Below the pieces are notes generated by a model, which saw nothing but the letters and a program-made list of their open reading frames with translations, had not been told where the DNA came from and did not search any database. The translations under genes were made by a program, and so were the position numbers. A DNA stretch of 64,000 bases from Vicugna vicugna (taxonomy: Eukaryota). The stretch lies in contig MU058387.1 in the NCBI GenBank assembly GCA_013265495.1, forward strand, positions 930,001 to 994,000, read 5' to 3'. Below, one piece after another: positions 49,323 to 62,105 of the stretch. Each line of letters begins with the position of its first letter. Position 1 is the first letter of the stretch.

Positions 49323-50051
49323 GGAGCCCTCCTACACTGCTGGTGGGAATGCAGTTTGGTGAAGCTACTGTGGAAAACAGTATGGAGATTCCTCAAAAGA
49401 CTAGGAATAGATTTACCATATGACCCAGGAATCCCACTCCTGGGCATATATCCAGAAGGAATCCTGCTTCAAAATGACACCTGCACCCCAGTGTTCATAG
49501 CAGCACTATTTACAATAGCCAAGAAAACACCCTAAATGTCCATCAACAGGTGACTGGATAAAGAAGATGCGGTGTATTTATACAATGGAATACTATTCAG
49601 CCATAAAAACTGACAATATAATGCCATTTGCAGCAACATGAATGTTCCTGGAGAATGTCATTCTAAGTGAAGTAAGCCAGAAAGAGAAAGAAAAACATCA
49701 TATGAGATCGCTCATATGCGGTATCTATATATATATATATATATATTTTATATATATATATAAATACAAAACAGAAACAGACTCATAGACATAGAATACA
49801 AACTTGTGGTTGCCAGGGGGACCGGGGGTGGGAAGGGACAGAATTGGATTTCAAAGTGTAGAATAGATAAACAAGATTGTACTGTGTAGCACAGGGAAAT
49901 ATATACAGGATCTTGTGGTGGCTCACAGCGAAAGAGAATGTGACAATGAATGTATGTATGTTCATGTATAACTGAAAAATTGTGCTCTACTCTGGAATTT
50001 GACACAACATTGTAAAATGACTATAACGCAATAAAAAAAGTTAAAAATATT
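49323..50051 (+). mobile_element. Young 5'-truncated L1 (ORF2 C-terminus + 3' UTR)
   Basis: ORF 49239-49535 includes [42 protein letters not shown]...CTPVFIAALFTIAK; AATAAAAAAAG tail; TSD CTTTCTCCTTATGAG at 49308-49322 and 50052-50066. Confidence 0.96.
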
Positions 50052-50669
50052 CTTTCTCCTTATGAGATAAAATTAGTTTATGCATTTTAAATAAATAAAT
50101 TAAAAAATACATACATGTTTGTGTGTGTGTGTGTGTGTGCGTACACTTCTATAAGTAAATCTGTAATGGGTAAAAGATATGCAACAATTAAAGGGCAAGC
50201 GTGTTGGGAAGAGCAGAAAGGAAAGCAAAACTAAAACAGAAATGATGGTTAAAGGGCTTGTAAGTAAGAACTTGGCAAATGATGGGACATGAGACAGGAG
50301 AGGAGTGGGAGGCATGGCTGCATCAGGGTTTTTGAACCCGGATAATTGGGAGGTGGGGGAACATTGTTAGCAGTGAGAAGATCTATTAAAAGAAGAGTTT
50401 AGACCAGGACATGGGGAATCTGAGAACTTGTGAGGATGCCTAAAGGGAGATGTTCAGCAGAAAATTAAACATGAAGGATTTGAAGGCTCTGTCTTAGGTG
50501 ATACACTTTAATCCATGGGAATAAAAAAAAAAAAGATTAGAAAAGTGGTTAATTTAGGATTACGATTTTGTAAATAATGTTTATTTTAAAAACATATGAG
50601 TCTTATTCTGTGCTTTCAATGAAACTAGCTGATTCCATTAGGCTTGAAACTGAAGATATCTAAACTCAT

Positions 50670-51178
50670 TGTTAATGAGTTCAAACTCATTCTGCTCACC
50701 ACATGACAGGCTGATAAATCAAGAAATGGGATGTTGGGCCAAGGAATAACAACTCTATCCGGAAAGCTAGAAGACCGAGAAGATGAGGGACTAATTCTTA
50801 GAGAACCATCTTACCCATGTCAGAATTCAGGCTCCTTTTATACTAAAAAGGGGAGGGGGTGTGGTTGGATGTAGCAAACTTCTTGATGTCAGAATCTTTT
50901 GTTCTTGCAGCTGTCCACATATGTCGGGTCATGATGTTCCCATAAATCTCCAACAAGACAAATGTTATTCTTTGTTCTGCAACTTTTTATCTATATATGA
51001 ATGGAAAAGTGTTATACCCTTAAAGCTCAGAGCCTTGAGAATGGGCTCTCCTGTATATTTCAGGCTCTAGGCAACATTCTTTTACGAAAGGTGCAGAACC
51101 AGCATGACTAAGCACAGGAGACAGAGCACAGGCTAAAGTCGATCTAATATGGAGTCAGATTTGTTCTTCCCTGTTACA
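50670..51178 (-). mobile_element. ERV1 solo LTR (MER41-like), 509 bp
   Basis: Minus strand starts TGTAACAGGGAAGAACAAATCTGACTCCATATTAGA and ends TTAACA; 4-bp TSD TCAT (50666-50669, 51179-51182), typical of class I ERVs; TATA-like AGTATAAAAGGAG on minus near 50832-50844. Confidence 0.85.
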
Positions 51179-53453
51179 TCATGACAGCATATATTAGTAA
51201 CTGATCTTTATTTTATAAATTATTTTACTTTTTGATATTTCAGTTGACTCACAGCCTAAGAAGAGTTTTCCTACTCAAGAACCAGTTTCCAGTCTACAAA
51301 ATTCAATTTTATTTACCTAGTTACTGTATGTACCTACATAGCCAACACTATGCTGAGGGTACTGTGGGATAAGGGAGAAATATATGATTTTGCCTTAGGT
51401 ATCGGCCAATTTAAGTCTAGTTGGAGAAATCACACACACTGGGAGAAATGGTAGCATGCAGAACAATAGGGTCAATCAACCTTTATAGACCAAACACTTA
51501 AATATATTTATTTTTAATAGTCATTATCCAGTGATATTCAACATATTGGGTAAATATACCTAGAGGTTGAACATGAATTTCAAACTCAGAATGAAATCAA
51601 ACTCATCATCCACCTGCTGTCACCAGTCCCTTCTTTTGTCCTTTCTCTTTCAGTGAATATCTTCACAATTCTCAACATCACCAAGTGAGAAGTCTGGAAG
51701 TCTAGAATAACTCCTTCCAGTCTACCTAGCCTTCTCTACCGACCCCTACCACCTCTACTCCCAGCCAATTTGATTATGTTCCTTTGCTTTATATTTCTAA
51801 GCAGCCATCAGTGTTTTCATAATAAAGTTTAAATGGAAAGCTCTCTTTGTGCCGGTGTCCTCTCCCACCACTCCCTTGATCTCGATGTTAGGCTCCATCT
51901 TATATGAGATCCTTGGATTTTTAAATAATACGCTTCTTCGAGTCTGTTTGGTTTTGTATTTGCTGGGACCAATCATCCAAGCCTGCTTCAACAGATAAAA
52001 ACTTAGTTTTCCTTTATGACCCCAGTTTAAGAGCCACTTTCTCCACACAACCTCCTCTGATTCTCTCTGGCCGAATCTATTGTTTCAGTACGCCCCTTGT
52101 TTGCCCTTGACAGAGAGCTTATTAGTTACTGATATCATGGCTGGTTTTCTTACCTGCCCCCTCACTGGACTCTGCTCTCCTGCAGGCAAGTAGTTTCTCA
52201 TCTCATTATTGGGATTATTACAATGTTTATGCAAATAGTGTCTGATTCAGTAACTATCACACTGCAAGACGAAAGGTGCAGAACCAGCATGACTAAGCAC
52301 AGGAGACAGAGCACAGGCTAAAGTCGATCTAATATGGAGTCAGATTTGTTCTTCCCTGTTACATCATGACAGCATATATTAGTAACTGATCTTTATTTTA
52401 TAAATTATTTTACTTTTTGATATTTCAGTTGACTCACAGCCTAAGAAGAGTTTTCCTACTCAAGAACCAGTTTCCAGTCTACAAAATTCAATTTTATTTA
52501 CCTAGTTACTGTATGTACCTACATAGCCAACACTATGCTGAGGGTACTGTGGGATAAGGGAGAAATATATGATTTTGCCTTAGGTATCGGCCAATTTAAG
52601 TCTAGTTGGAGAAATCACACACACTGGGAGAAATGGTAGCATGCAGAACAATAGGGTCAATCAACCTTTATAGACCAAACACTTAAATATATTTATTTTT
52701 AATAGTCATTATCCAGTGATATTCAACATATTGGGTAAATATACCTAGAGGTTGAACATGAATTTCAAACTCAGAATGAAATCAAACTCATCATCCACCT
52801 GCTGTCACCAGTCCCTTCTTTTGTCCTTTCTCTTTCAGTGAATATCTTCACAATTCTCAACATCACCAAGTGAGAAGTCTGGAAGTCTAGAATAACTCCT
52901 TCCAGTCTACCTAGCCTTCTCTACCGACCCCTACCACCTCTACTCCCAGCCAATTTGATTATGTTCCTTTGCTTTATATTTCTAAGCAGCCATCAGTGTT
53001 TTCATAATAAAGTTTAAATGGAAAGCTCTCTTTGTGCCGGTGTCCTCTCCCACCACTCCCTTGATCTCGATGTTAGGCTCCATCTTATATGAGATCCTTG
53101 GATTTTTAAATAATACGCTTCTTCGAGTCTGTTTGGTTTTGTATTTGCTGGGACCAATCATCCAAGCCTGCTTCAACAGATAAAAACTTAGTTTTCCTTT
53201 ATGACCCCAGTTTAAGAGCCACTTTCTCCACACAACCTCCTCTGATTCTCTCTGGCCGAATCTATTGTTTCAGTACGCCCCTTGTTTGCCCTTGACAGAG
53301 AGCTTATTAGTTACTGATATCATGGCTGGTTTTCTTACCTGCCCCCTCACTGGACTCTGCTCTCCTGCAGGCAAGTAGTTTCTCATCTCATTATTGGGAT
53401 TATTACAATGTTTATGCAAATAGTGTCTGATTCAGTAACTATCACACTGCAAG
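51084..53453 (+). repeat. Head-to-tail tandem duplication, 2 x 1185 bp (51084-52268, 52269-53453)
   Basis: Both units begin ACGAAAGGTGCAGAACC and end ATCACACTGCAAG. Identical 83-aa ORFs at 51797 and 52982 are offset by 1185. No mismatch found on visual comparison. Confidence 0.98.
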
Positions 53454-53719
53454 CATTTGAAGATGGAAGTGAATTGAAAAGATTCCCATCAATTTTCCCT
53501 TATAAACGTATTTCTCTTGCTGCCTTTCTTAAATCACTGTTTTTAACACTGGGTTTAGGTTTTCCTCTCAGCATTTTTTATCTATACTTTTCTCCTTCTT
53601 GTTTTCATTCTCCATCCCCCAATCTCTCAAATTTCTTTGTCGATCAGAACGGGAAAAAAATTTCTTTCTCCCTTGTTTTTTTCCAGCTAGCAAAAATCCC
53701 CAGAACTTCAACTATATCC

Positions 53720-53920
53720 CCAACACAGAGCTGAGAGTTTTCATTAATTATCTCTTAAACTTCGTGACAACTCTACGAAGTAAGTTCTATCCTTTGTTAC
53801 ATTTTACAGATGAAGAAAGCAAAGCCGAGAGAAGTTAAGTAACTTGTGCAAAGTCACACAGCAAGTAAGTGATAAAAGCCAAGGCAAACTGGGTCCAGAA
53901 CCAGTCTTCACAACTGTGCT
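53720..53920 (-). mobile_element. MIR SINE
   Basis: CATTTTACAGATGAAGAAAGCAAAGCCGAGAGAAGTTAAGTAACTTGTGCAAAGTCACACAGCAAGTAAGTG. Confidence 0.8.
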
Positions 53921-55244
53921 TTGTTATATTGAATAGAATTATGTTACTTAATTTTGTTTAAAGTGATTTTTTCTCTCTACCAAATCGTAAGGGAATAATA
54001 CTGTGTGTAGGTCCCCAAAGGAAAAGGACAAATAATACAGAGAGGAAAAATGGGTGAAATTTGAGGAGATTCTGTAAAAGCAATTTGTATCTATCTTAGT
54101 TCTGATCTAGTTACCAAGGAAATCTAAATCAAGTACTTCTGACTTAGGCGCTGTTTCACCACGTTGACCTGCAGGCAGTTGGGCTCTGGGACTTGAAATT
54201 CTGCAGTAAATATTCCTCATTCCAAGGCTTTTCCCATGCCCAGTATGTACCTCTCCTGTGGTTAGGTTTGCACACAAACAATACAAGGAGCAGACAGACA
54301 TAAAATATCACACACACAAGGACCACATGCCTGCACAGAACATACGACCCTCTCATATTACTGGAGCTAGGTGAGCAACCAGCTCAACGTTGCCCTGTGC
54401 TGGATTTCCTCAGCATCTGACCGAGCTGCATCAAAGCACGATACAGCATCTAGCTCAAGACCAGAAAGGAAACACTGCTGCCCTGGATCTATAGCTGTGT
54501 CAGCTACAAGCGATTCAAGTTAAATATATTCAAGGATTTCGCATTGGATTTTTGCTGGTAGGCTGACATCCTGGATGTGTTAAGTGCTATATTAAATATA
54601 AAATTCTCGTGTTGTTGTATGGAATTTTGTATGAAGACCTTGTGACTGGAAGGAACCTCCCTTTGACATCATAAACCAAGGTCAAGGCTGAGTTGCAAAT
54701 GAGTCAGTTTCTTAGAGCAAGAAAAACATGGACTTACTGAACTTTTGAGTCTCATTACGCTATGATTGATGAAGGTCTTAAGCCCTGGGATGGTCCTCTT
54801 CACACCCAAATCCTTGTGTCATATCACTGCAAACAGAAAGTGGAATGTTTAGGTTTGAGGTATTAAGCTAGATAAAAGTTTTGTACTTGCTAAATGTGTT
54901 TCAAATATCAGGCAAATTGTGCTCAAAGCCAGTGGGGACATATTTAAATGTAGTTGATCCTCTGTCTGTAAGTACTCACACTCTTAAGAAGAAATATGGT
55001 CATTTTAGTCCAATCTGGCTATAACCGAAGAAAGTAGGGTGGCTTTGATGTTGTCTGTCTTCAATATTACAGCATAGGAGGTTGGGGCCTGACCTCACTT
55101 TTCAGTCTTCTAGTTTCAACTTATAAATGAATAATTAAGATCGGATTTGGCAGATAAATGAAGCTTCATAAATTAAAAAAAATAATAAAGTTAGTGCTGT
55201 GATCTTAAGTATTAGACAGGGATTGCTACCATAAATTGCCATAA

Positions 55245-55710
55245 ACATTTTAATATGGAAAATTACAAACCTACAGAAGAAGAGAGAGGATTATGCAGAA
55301 TCCTAATGTTCTCACCAACACGCAGCTTGGAGCATTATCAACTCAGGGACACACTCATTGCATCTATATTTCTATCCATTCCCCTCAGTCCCAAAACGTT
55401 ATGTTGAAATTTCTTTCCAGGCTATTTCATTTCACCTGTAAATATTGCAATTCGTATCACTAAAAGGTACAATTCTAAAACTGAAAGCAATACCAGTATT
55501 TCTATAGTTTTAAATACACAGTCAGGTTTCATCCTTTACAATTACAGAAAATATTTGAAGTTAGTTTGTTCAAGTCAGGAACTGGGATATTTATTTCATA
55601 TGTATTTTAGGATACTTTTAAATCTATAAATTGCTTCTCTGTACTTTATTTGTTGAAGAAATTGGGTCACTTGTAATGCAGATTTCTCCACAATCTGGAT
55701 TTTGCCAAGA
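55245..55710 (-). mobile_element. Old L1 (L1MC4/5-like) 3' end
   Basis: TTTTAATATGGAAAATTACAAAC...CATTATCAACTCA...ATTTCACCTGTAAATATT...TTGTTGAAGAAATTGGGTCACTTG...CACAATCTGGATTTTGC. Confidence 0.65.
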
Positions 55711-56389
55711 ATGAGTTGAACATTATGTTCGATTTTGTTATTTTTATTTTAAAAAAATGCTTCAGGATAAAAGTGTTCCTTTTATAAGATTCATCATTTT
55801 AAATAATAAAAATAAGAAGAGTATTTACCTCAGACTAGACATGTTTTATTTTCTCTATTGAAAAGCATTTTCCTTTGTGTTTGTGTCTCATGATAAAAGA
55901 ACATTTGGAAAAGAAGTGATTTATCAGTTGTACGAGGCCAAACAAGTCTTGTTTCCACCGGTTGTTACAGTTGTGAAAGAATTTAGGGAGCAGTCTGTTT
56001 TGTTGCTTTTGATGGTTGGAAGAACTGAGGCTCACAAAACTCAGGCTAGAATACTTATTCTCAAAGTTTGCTTTATGCAGGCTGAGAGTTCCTCAGAGAT
56101 GGTCAAGTTCCTCGGAGATGTTCTACCTCATAGGGTCAGAAGTGGAGACGTGGGGAGTGTGGGTGGTGTATGGACCATAAGCAGAATCTTTCTTTGGTTC
56201 TTCACTGGCAAGGCTGACCTCTAGTCAGGGATATCCATGGTGCTGCTGCTGACTTCTTCAGCAGCATAGTTTAGTACAGAATAAAGAACACTGGGACTTG
56301 AATCTAGCTTTGAGCGGAAGTCCACACTCCGGTCAATGATCACCTATTGCCTCCAAACTCCACTTCTCTTATTTACATAACATGGATCA

Positions 56390-56758
56390 TGTAGCAGATT
56401 GTTTCAGATCTCAAGTATAATCCCTAAGGGAGGATTATACATCCCACTGACATTGACATTAGGCTTGGCCTTGGGACTTTGCTGTGCCCACTCGTGGGGA
56501 AAGGTGAACGCATCTCACTCTGAAGTCAGGAACTTGACCAGTAGAATATGGGCAGAATCTGAATTATTTCTGAGATGTAGTGGTTCACCATTGTTCCCTT
56601 TTCTTGGGAACTGTAGTATCTTAAATAGAGACTGCAAAGACACAATGTATCTGTAGGACACATGGAATGAGCAAGAAATCAATTCTGGTTTTGAAAAGTT
56701 CCTGGGATTTGAGGATTCTTTGTTTCTACAGCGTAACGGTCCATCCTGCCTGAGAAAG
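56390..56758 (+). mobile_element. MaLR LTR (MLT1I-like) nested in a MIR (about 56265-56385 and 56760-56830)
   Basis: TGTAGCAGATTG...GGAGGATTATACATCCC..CATTGACATTAGGCTTGGCC...GAGCAAGAAATCAATTCTGG...GATTTGAGGATT..TTGTTTCTACAGCGTAAC. Confidence 0.6.
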
Positions 56759-57769
56759 ATGGCATGGCATGGTCTATTACCCTTATGGGGTTGTAGTGAA
56801 AATCAGATCCAGACACGGAGTTGGAAATTTTAAGTCACAGTGAAACATCTACCTTCTTCTCTGGACCTTATTTCTTGAACATCTATTTTATATCCTCAAC
56901 CCAGAGTGTAAGTACCTAAGGAAAACTTCAAATTATTCTGCATTTTGATAGTTAAGAATTAATGGCCTGAACAATATTTTGCTTGCCCGAGGTTTAAAGT
57001 TAGAATTGCTTTTAGGGTGGGACTCTGACAAGTGTAAGCTCTGTGAAATTAGGCAAATCACTTAATTTCTATGGGCCTCAGTAAAATTGCTTCCCTGTCC
57101 TGCTTTTGGCAGTAAAGGCTATAACTATGTGAAAATATTTGTTAATGCCTTAAAACCAGATCAGTTTTTTTTTTAATTATAGAGGTTTTGTTGCATTTTT
57201 TTCATGTCTGGTAAGGTTATTTTTCCTTTTTTGTTTTTATATTAAAAGACTTTATTTTTTATATCACTGTTTTATTTTCAAAAATTCTCAAGCAAAGGTG
57301 GTCAAAAAGTTGAAACATTTAAAAACTGATGGTGAAGAGCAGATAAATTAAAGAGAAACTTTTAAAATGCATTATTAGTGTTTATAAAGAAATATGTAGT
57401 GTTGTAAATTTTTGATGAGACAAAATTAAAATATATATAATGTTAAATACTTCCATAATGCTAAAACATACATTTTATAGGAGCAGAGAGTCTCTACTCC
57501 CACCAGCAAAGTCTTACCTATTTCACATTTCCTGTAGGTTCTTCTGACATTTGGACAAATATCTTCTCGACAAAGTGTTGTTAAAAGTACAAAAAAACAT
57601 CAAAAGCCAAACCTAGTTTACACTTAAGAAAAAAAAAGAAAAAGAAAAAAGGAAGAATATGATGTTTGTCAATTTTATTTCACATGGCAGTATAAGTATA
57701 ATGTGAGTTTTGAGTTTGAGAATGGCGTTTCAAACTGAGTTTATCTCTAGAGTCAGAGTAAAGCCAGTT

Positions 57770-58570
57770 TGCAGTGCCGACCACTGTCAAAGGTGCTGGG
57801 GAAGCCATAGTGAACAAGACAAATGCCCCAGTACCATGGAGATGGCTATTGTCGGGGTTAGAGATGGGGAGGGAGATGAGGATGCATGTATGTTATATAT
57901 GCTAAGTTCAGAACAGGGTTTGGGAAGGGAGACCGGTGGGCATCTGCTCTAGGAAAAGTAACATTGGATCAGAGATGTGAGGCAGTGTATGACATAGACA
58001 ATGAGCCCTTAGATAAGTGATGAAGAGCGTTCCATACAGAGGGGATAGCAGGTAAAATGTGGGAAAATCATCTGTATGTCTGAAGAGTCATAAAGAAAGA
58101 AGATGGCTGGAGCTGGTGAGCCAGGGAGAAGAGTGGTGGGACCTGAGTCCAAAGAGGCGGCAAGAGAGGAGCCACCTGAGAGTATTCCAGATCATTGTTT
58201 GGAGGTGCAATTTTAATCTGAATGAACTGGATAGCTACCTACTGCAGGATTTTGAGCAGAGAAGTGGCATGTTTTAACTTAATTTTTGAAGAGATGACTC
58301 TGGCTGCTCTATTGAGAAAAGATTCCTAAGGGTCATGGGTGGAACTGGAGAAGTGAGAGGTGGCTTGTGCAACAATTTAGATGGGAAATCTTGACCCTTG
58401 CGTAAGTGTGGTTCTGGTGGGTGTTTGGAGAAACAGCCGGATTCTGGATGTATTTGGAAGGCATAGAAAAGAGAGTAAGTTGATGAGTTAGATGTGGGAC
58501 TTCAGAGAATAAGAGGATGATGGCTCCAAGCTTTCAAGCATGAGCAGCTAGAAGAATTGAGTTGTAAATG
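57770..58570 (-). mobile_element. L2 LINE
   Basis: AGGTGCTGGGGAAGCCATAGTGAACAAGAC; GCAGGATTTTGAGCAGAGAAGTGGCATG; GGATTCTGGATGTATTTGGAAGG; GGATGATGGCTCCAAG...GAGCAGCTAGAAGAATTGAGTTG. Confidence 0.8.
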
Positions 58571-60938
58571 CCTTTCAAGAAAAGTCAGGTCTAATGTTAT
58601 TTTTTGTTGTTGTTGTTGAGGGCTGAGCAGGGACTCTGGAAGTGGTTTGAATGTACTGATCAATCACCTTCTTGGGGGCAACCTAGAGACTTGGGTTCGA
58701 CTGCCTTTGGGACTGGAGGCAGCATGAAAGCTTTCCTTACTCATAGTACTGGCCTCTATGACAGGTAGGGAACTACATATCAAAAGAAATATTTGGTTCA
58801 TGACTTACACTGACTGCTGCCAAGGTCAGTTGAAGTTTCAGTGGCTCTCTGGTAGTGAAGAGCTCTTGAACTTGAAGTCTCCATCCTCACCCAAGTTTAT
58901 TTCCTTCATAATATCATTGTTTCCTTTGACAAAATTTCCTGAAGGCTGTCCTGCAAGGTGAAGCTGGACGGTCATGTGTGTCTCCACCTTGAACTCATGT
59001 ATTAGCTGCTGGTACAGGGCAATGGAGACCTGCGCATATTCAGTTTAGTTTGGACGTGGCTTGAGCTGTGCTCTTGGCTCATCTCACTCGAGTTTGGCAA
59101 GATTGTAGTCTCCTTTCCATATTCCTTCTTATGCTGTATGATTTCTTGATGAACATCAACATTCTCCTGTATTAGGATTTTACACATTCTATGTTCATGA
59201 GTCCTTACCCATTCCTCTTCTCCCATTAAGTCCTATTAGGCTAATGCCCTTTTAACAAGGGTAGTTGCAAGCAACAGGGAGCCAGGCTTGGCAATCAGAA
59301 ACCCCGTTAGTAGATAAAGCCACTGACAGCTATTGTTTTTCATGCAATTCCCCATAGTAAACTGTAATATAAGTTGACCGCTACAGGTCTGTTTACCAGT
59401 AAATGAAAGGCGAGCTTGTGGTCCCATGTTTTGGACCAAATTAGATTAATGAGACCAACAGCTACAAGAAAAGCAGTGACAAGTTAGACAGGGTTGATCT
59501 CAGAGATGGATAGAAAATTAGCCATCAGAGAAGTATGTTGAGTGGAAATCACTGCAATGTATGCATTGGCTAAGGAACTGCAGATGTATTATGGAGGGGA
59601 GAGGAGCTCTTAAACTTTTCATCACAGAAATGTAATACTGATATAAAAAGACATTTATTATTCAATTTATTACTTTGTGTCATCACCACACTAAATACAT
59701 TTCATTAATTCTTTCGTTGAATTTTCACAATAACACCATGGAATAAATACCCTACTCAGTGATGCCTTCTCCATGTTAACTATGTATGACAAGCTTGATA
59801 GAAACCTAAAGATTTTTCTCTGTTCAGGTGTTTGGTTAGCGTTTCCTTGAGCTGTCCAAAAATGGACATTCCATCTTCAGGAATATGGAAATATTCTTAT
59901 CAGCTTTCCCAATAGTCAGAACACAGTTAACTTCCCAATGAGAAAACATCATTATCTTGGCACAAGACACAAGTTAATACATCCCTCTTTGATCATGCAG
60001 AATCTCAGCTATGCATCTTATTTTTTTCATATATGCAAACAATTTAATCGAAGTAAAAGTTGAAAGCAGATGAATCTGGAGTTTCTGCTGCATTTTTAAC
60101 AATTAAGGACATGTAAAGGATCTGGCAAATAAAAAGTATTTTTACTACTTACATATACTTTCAGATTTTCACAATGGATGTTGTACACAATCCAAAAGAG
60201 CATTTAAAACAATGAATATTTAAGTGCATTAGCTAGATTAGACAGAAAACCAATACAAATTGAATAGAAGTGAGGCATTTGGGTCTAGAATTTGATCTCT
60301 GCTCCCATTTATTTACATGATTTGGCCCATTTCCTTTACCTTCTCCTCAGCTATCCCTCAACTTTTATTTTTCCATTCTAGGATGTTTTCCTACACTTTG
60401 TATTAGTTGTTCTCCCTTGATCTTTCACTCTTGATTTATTTTCCCTCAACTGAATGTGTTACTGTAAAGCGCTCTAGGCCATGTAGGAGATCGAGGAGCC
60501 TAGAAATAAAACTCTTCCTGGTTCATTAGTCTATGCTCAGTTCAATCAGGAGAAAAGTAGCCTTTCTTTCTCTTCCCTTTATTCCATATTTCTTTCTTGA
60601 GATCCAAGTATAAATTTTGAGGGTCTATGAAATCAGCTAGCTAAGTGAAGGAAAGGTCAGTGAATTTACCAGAGTTGGTATGTCAGCTTTGGAAAGATAT
60701 ATTTCTTAGTTATGTTCTCTTTTTTCTCAAACCCAAATATGTCCCCTAATGAAGTAATATCTTGAATAGTGCTTGAGTCAGTGGCAACTAAATGACTTCT
60801 ACATTTTAACGTTAACTTTCTAGATTTTAAGATTTTATGGTGTTTAGTAATTACTTGAGGTAACAATAGATATTGTTTAGATAAGCAAATTTTTTTTACT
60901 TATACAAGAGCTGTATTCAGCCATCAGCTGTTTACAGC

Positions 60939-62105
60939 TGACAATACATCTGTTTACAACATACTTTACTAAATATTTTAAGCCCACTGCTGAAACTTAT
61001 TGCTTAGAAAAAAAGAATCCTTTCAAAACATTACTGCTCATTGAACATGTACCTTGTCACCCAAGAGTTCTGATGAAGATGTACAAAGAGATTAAGGTTG
61101 TTTTCATGTCTGGTACAGCAGCATCCATTCTGTAGCCCATGGATCAGAGTAATTTCAACTTTCACGTCTTAGTAAGAAACGTATTTTGTAAGGCTATAGC
61201 TGCCACAGAAGTGATTCTTCTGATGGGTCTGGACAAAGTAAACTGAAAACCTTCTGGAAAGCATTCACTGTCCTACATGTCATTAACAACATTCATGATT
61301 CATGGGAAGAGGTCAGAATACCAAGATTAGCAGGGGCTTGGAAGAAGTTGATTCCAACTCTCATGGATGACTTTAAGGGAAAGACTTTAGTGGAGAAAGT
61401 AACTGCACATAAGGTGAAAATAGCAAAAGAACTAAAATTAGAAGTGGGGCCTGAAGATGTGACTTAATTGTCACAATCCTGTGATAAAACTTGAACAGAT
61501 GAGTTGCTCCTTATGGATGAGCTAAGAAACTGGCCTTTTGAGATGGCAACTACTCCTGGTGAAGATTCTGTGAAGATTGTTGAAATGACAACAAGGGATT
61601 TAGAATATGACATAAACCTGGTTGGTAAGGCAGTGGCAAGGTTTCAGAGGATTGACTCCAGTTTTGAAAGAAGCTCTTCTGGGTAAAATGCTATCAAACA
61701 GTATTTCCTGCTACAGAAAAATTGTTCATGAAAGAGTCAATCAATGCAGCAAATTTTATCCTCTTATTGTAAGAAATTGCCCCAGCCACCCTTACCTTCA
61801 GCAACCACCACCATCATCGGTCAGCAGACATCAGCATAAATGCAAGACCCTCCACCAACCAAACAATTATGATTCATTAAAAGCTCAGATAATGGCTTGT
61901 ATTTTTTTACAATAATGATTTTTAATTAAGGTATTAGCGTTTTAAGATGTAATGCTGTTGTGCACTTAATAGACTATAGTATGGTGTGAACATAACTTTC
62001 ATATCTACTGGGAAACCAAAAGATTTGTGTGACTCACTTTATAACAATATTCACTTTACCGTGGTGGTCTGTAGCTAAACCTACACCATCTCAGAGGTGT
62101 TCCTG
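60939..62105 (+). mobile_element. Tigger1 DNA transposon, 3' half (decayed DDE transposase + right TIR)
   Basis: TATTTTAAGCCCACTG..TTACTGCTCATTGA..GTCACCCAAGAG..CAGCATCCATTCTGTAGCCCATGGATCA (LLLID..HP / SILQPMDQ); ends CATCTCAGAGGTGTTCCTG, similar to the Tigger1 TIR. Confidence 0.93.

Noticed and set aside
50670..51178. Interferon-inducible (STAT1 GAS) enhancer as described for some MER41-family LTRs
   Set aside because: I found no canonical TTCNNNGAA in this LTR by eye, and the family assignment is unverified.
51797..53233. Duplicated 83-aa gene pair
   Set aside because: The identical ORFs are a by-product of the tandem duplication; non-ATG start and no coding features.
58809..59166. Minus-strand exon (TACAG|GAG ... 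AGT|GTAAGT) overlapping ORF 59002-59226
   Set aside because: The acceptor lacks a polypyrimidine tract and all three frames contain stops; insufficient support.
60939..61915. Domesticated Tigger transposase gene
   Set aside because: The 5' half is missing and the DDE region has frameshifts and stops; ordinary Tigger1 fossil.
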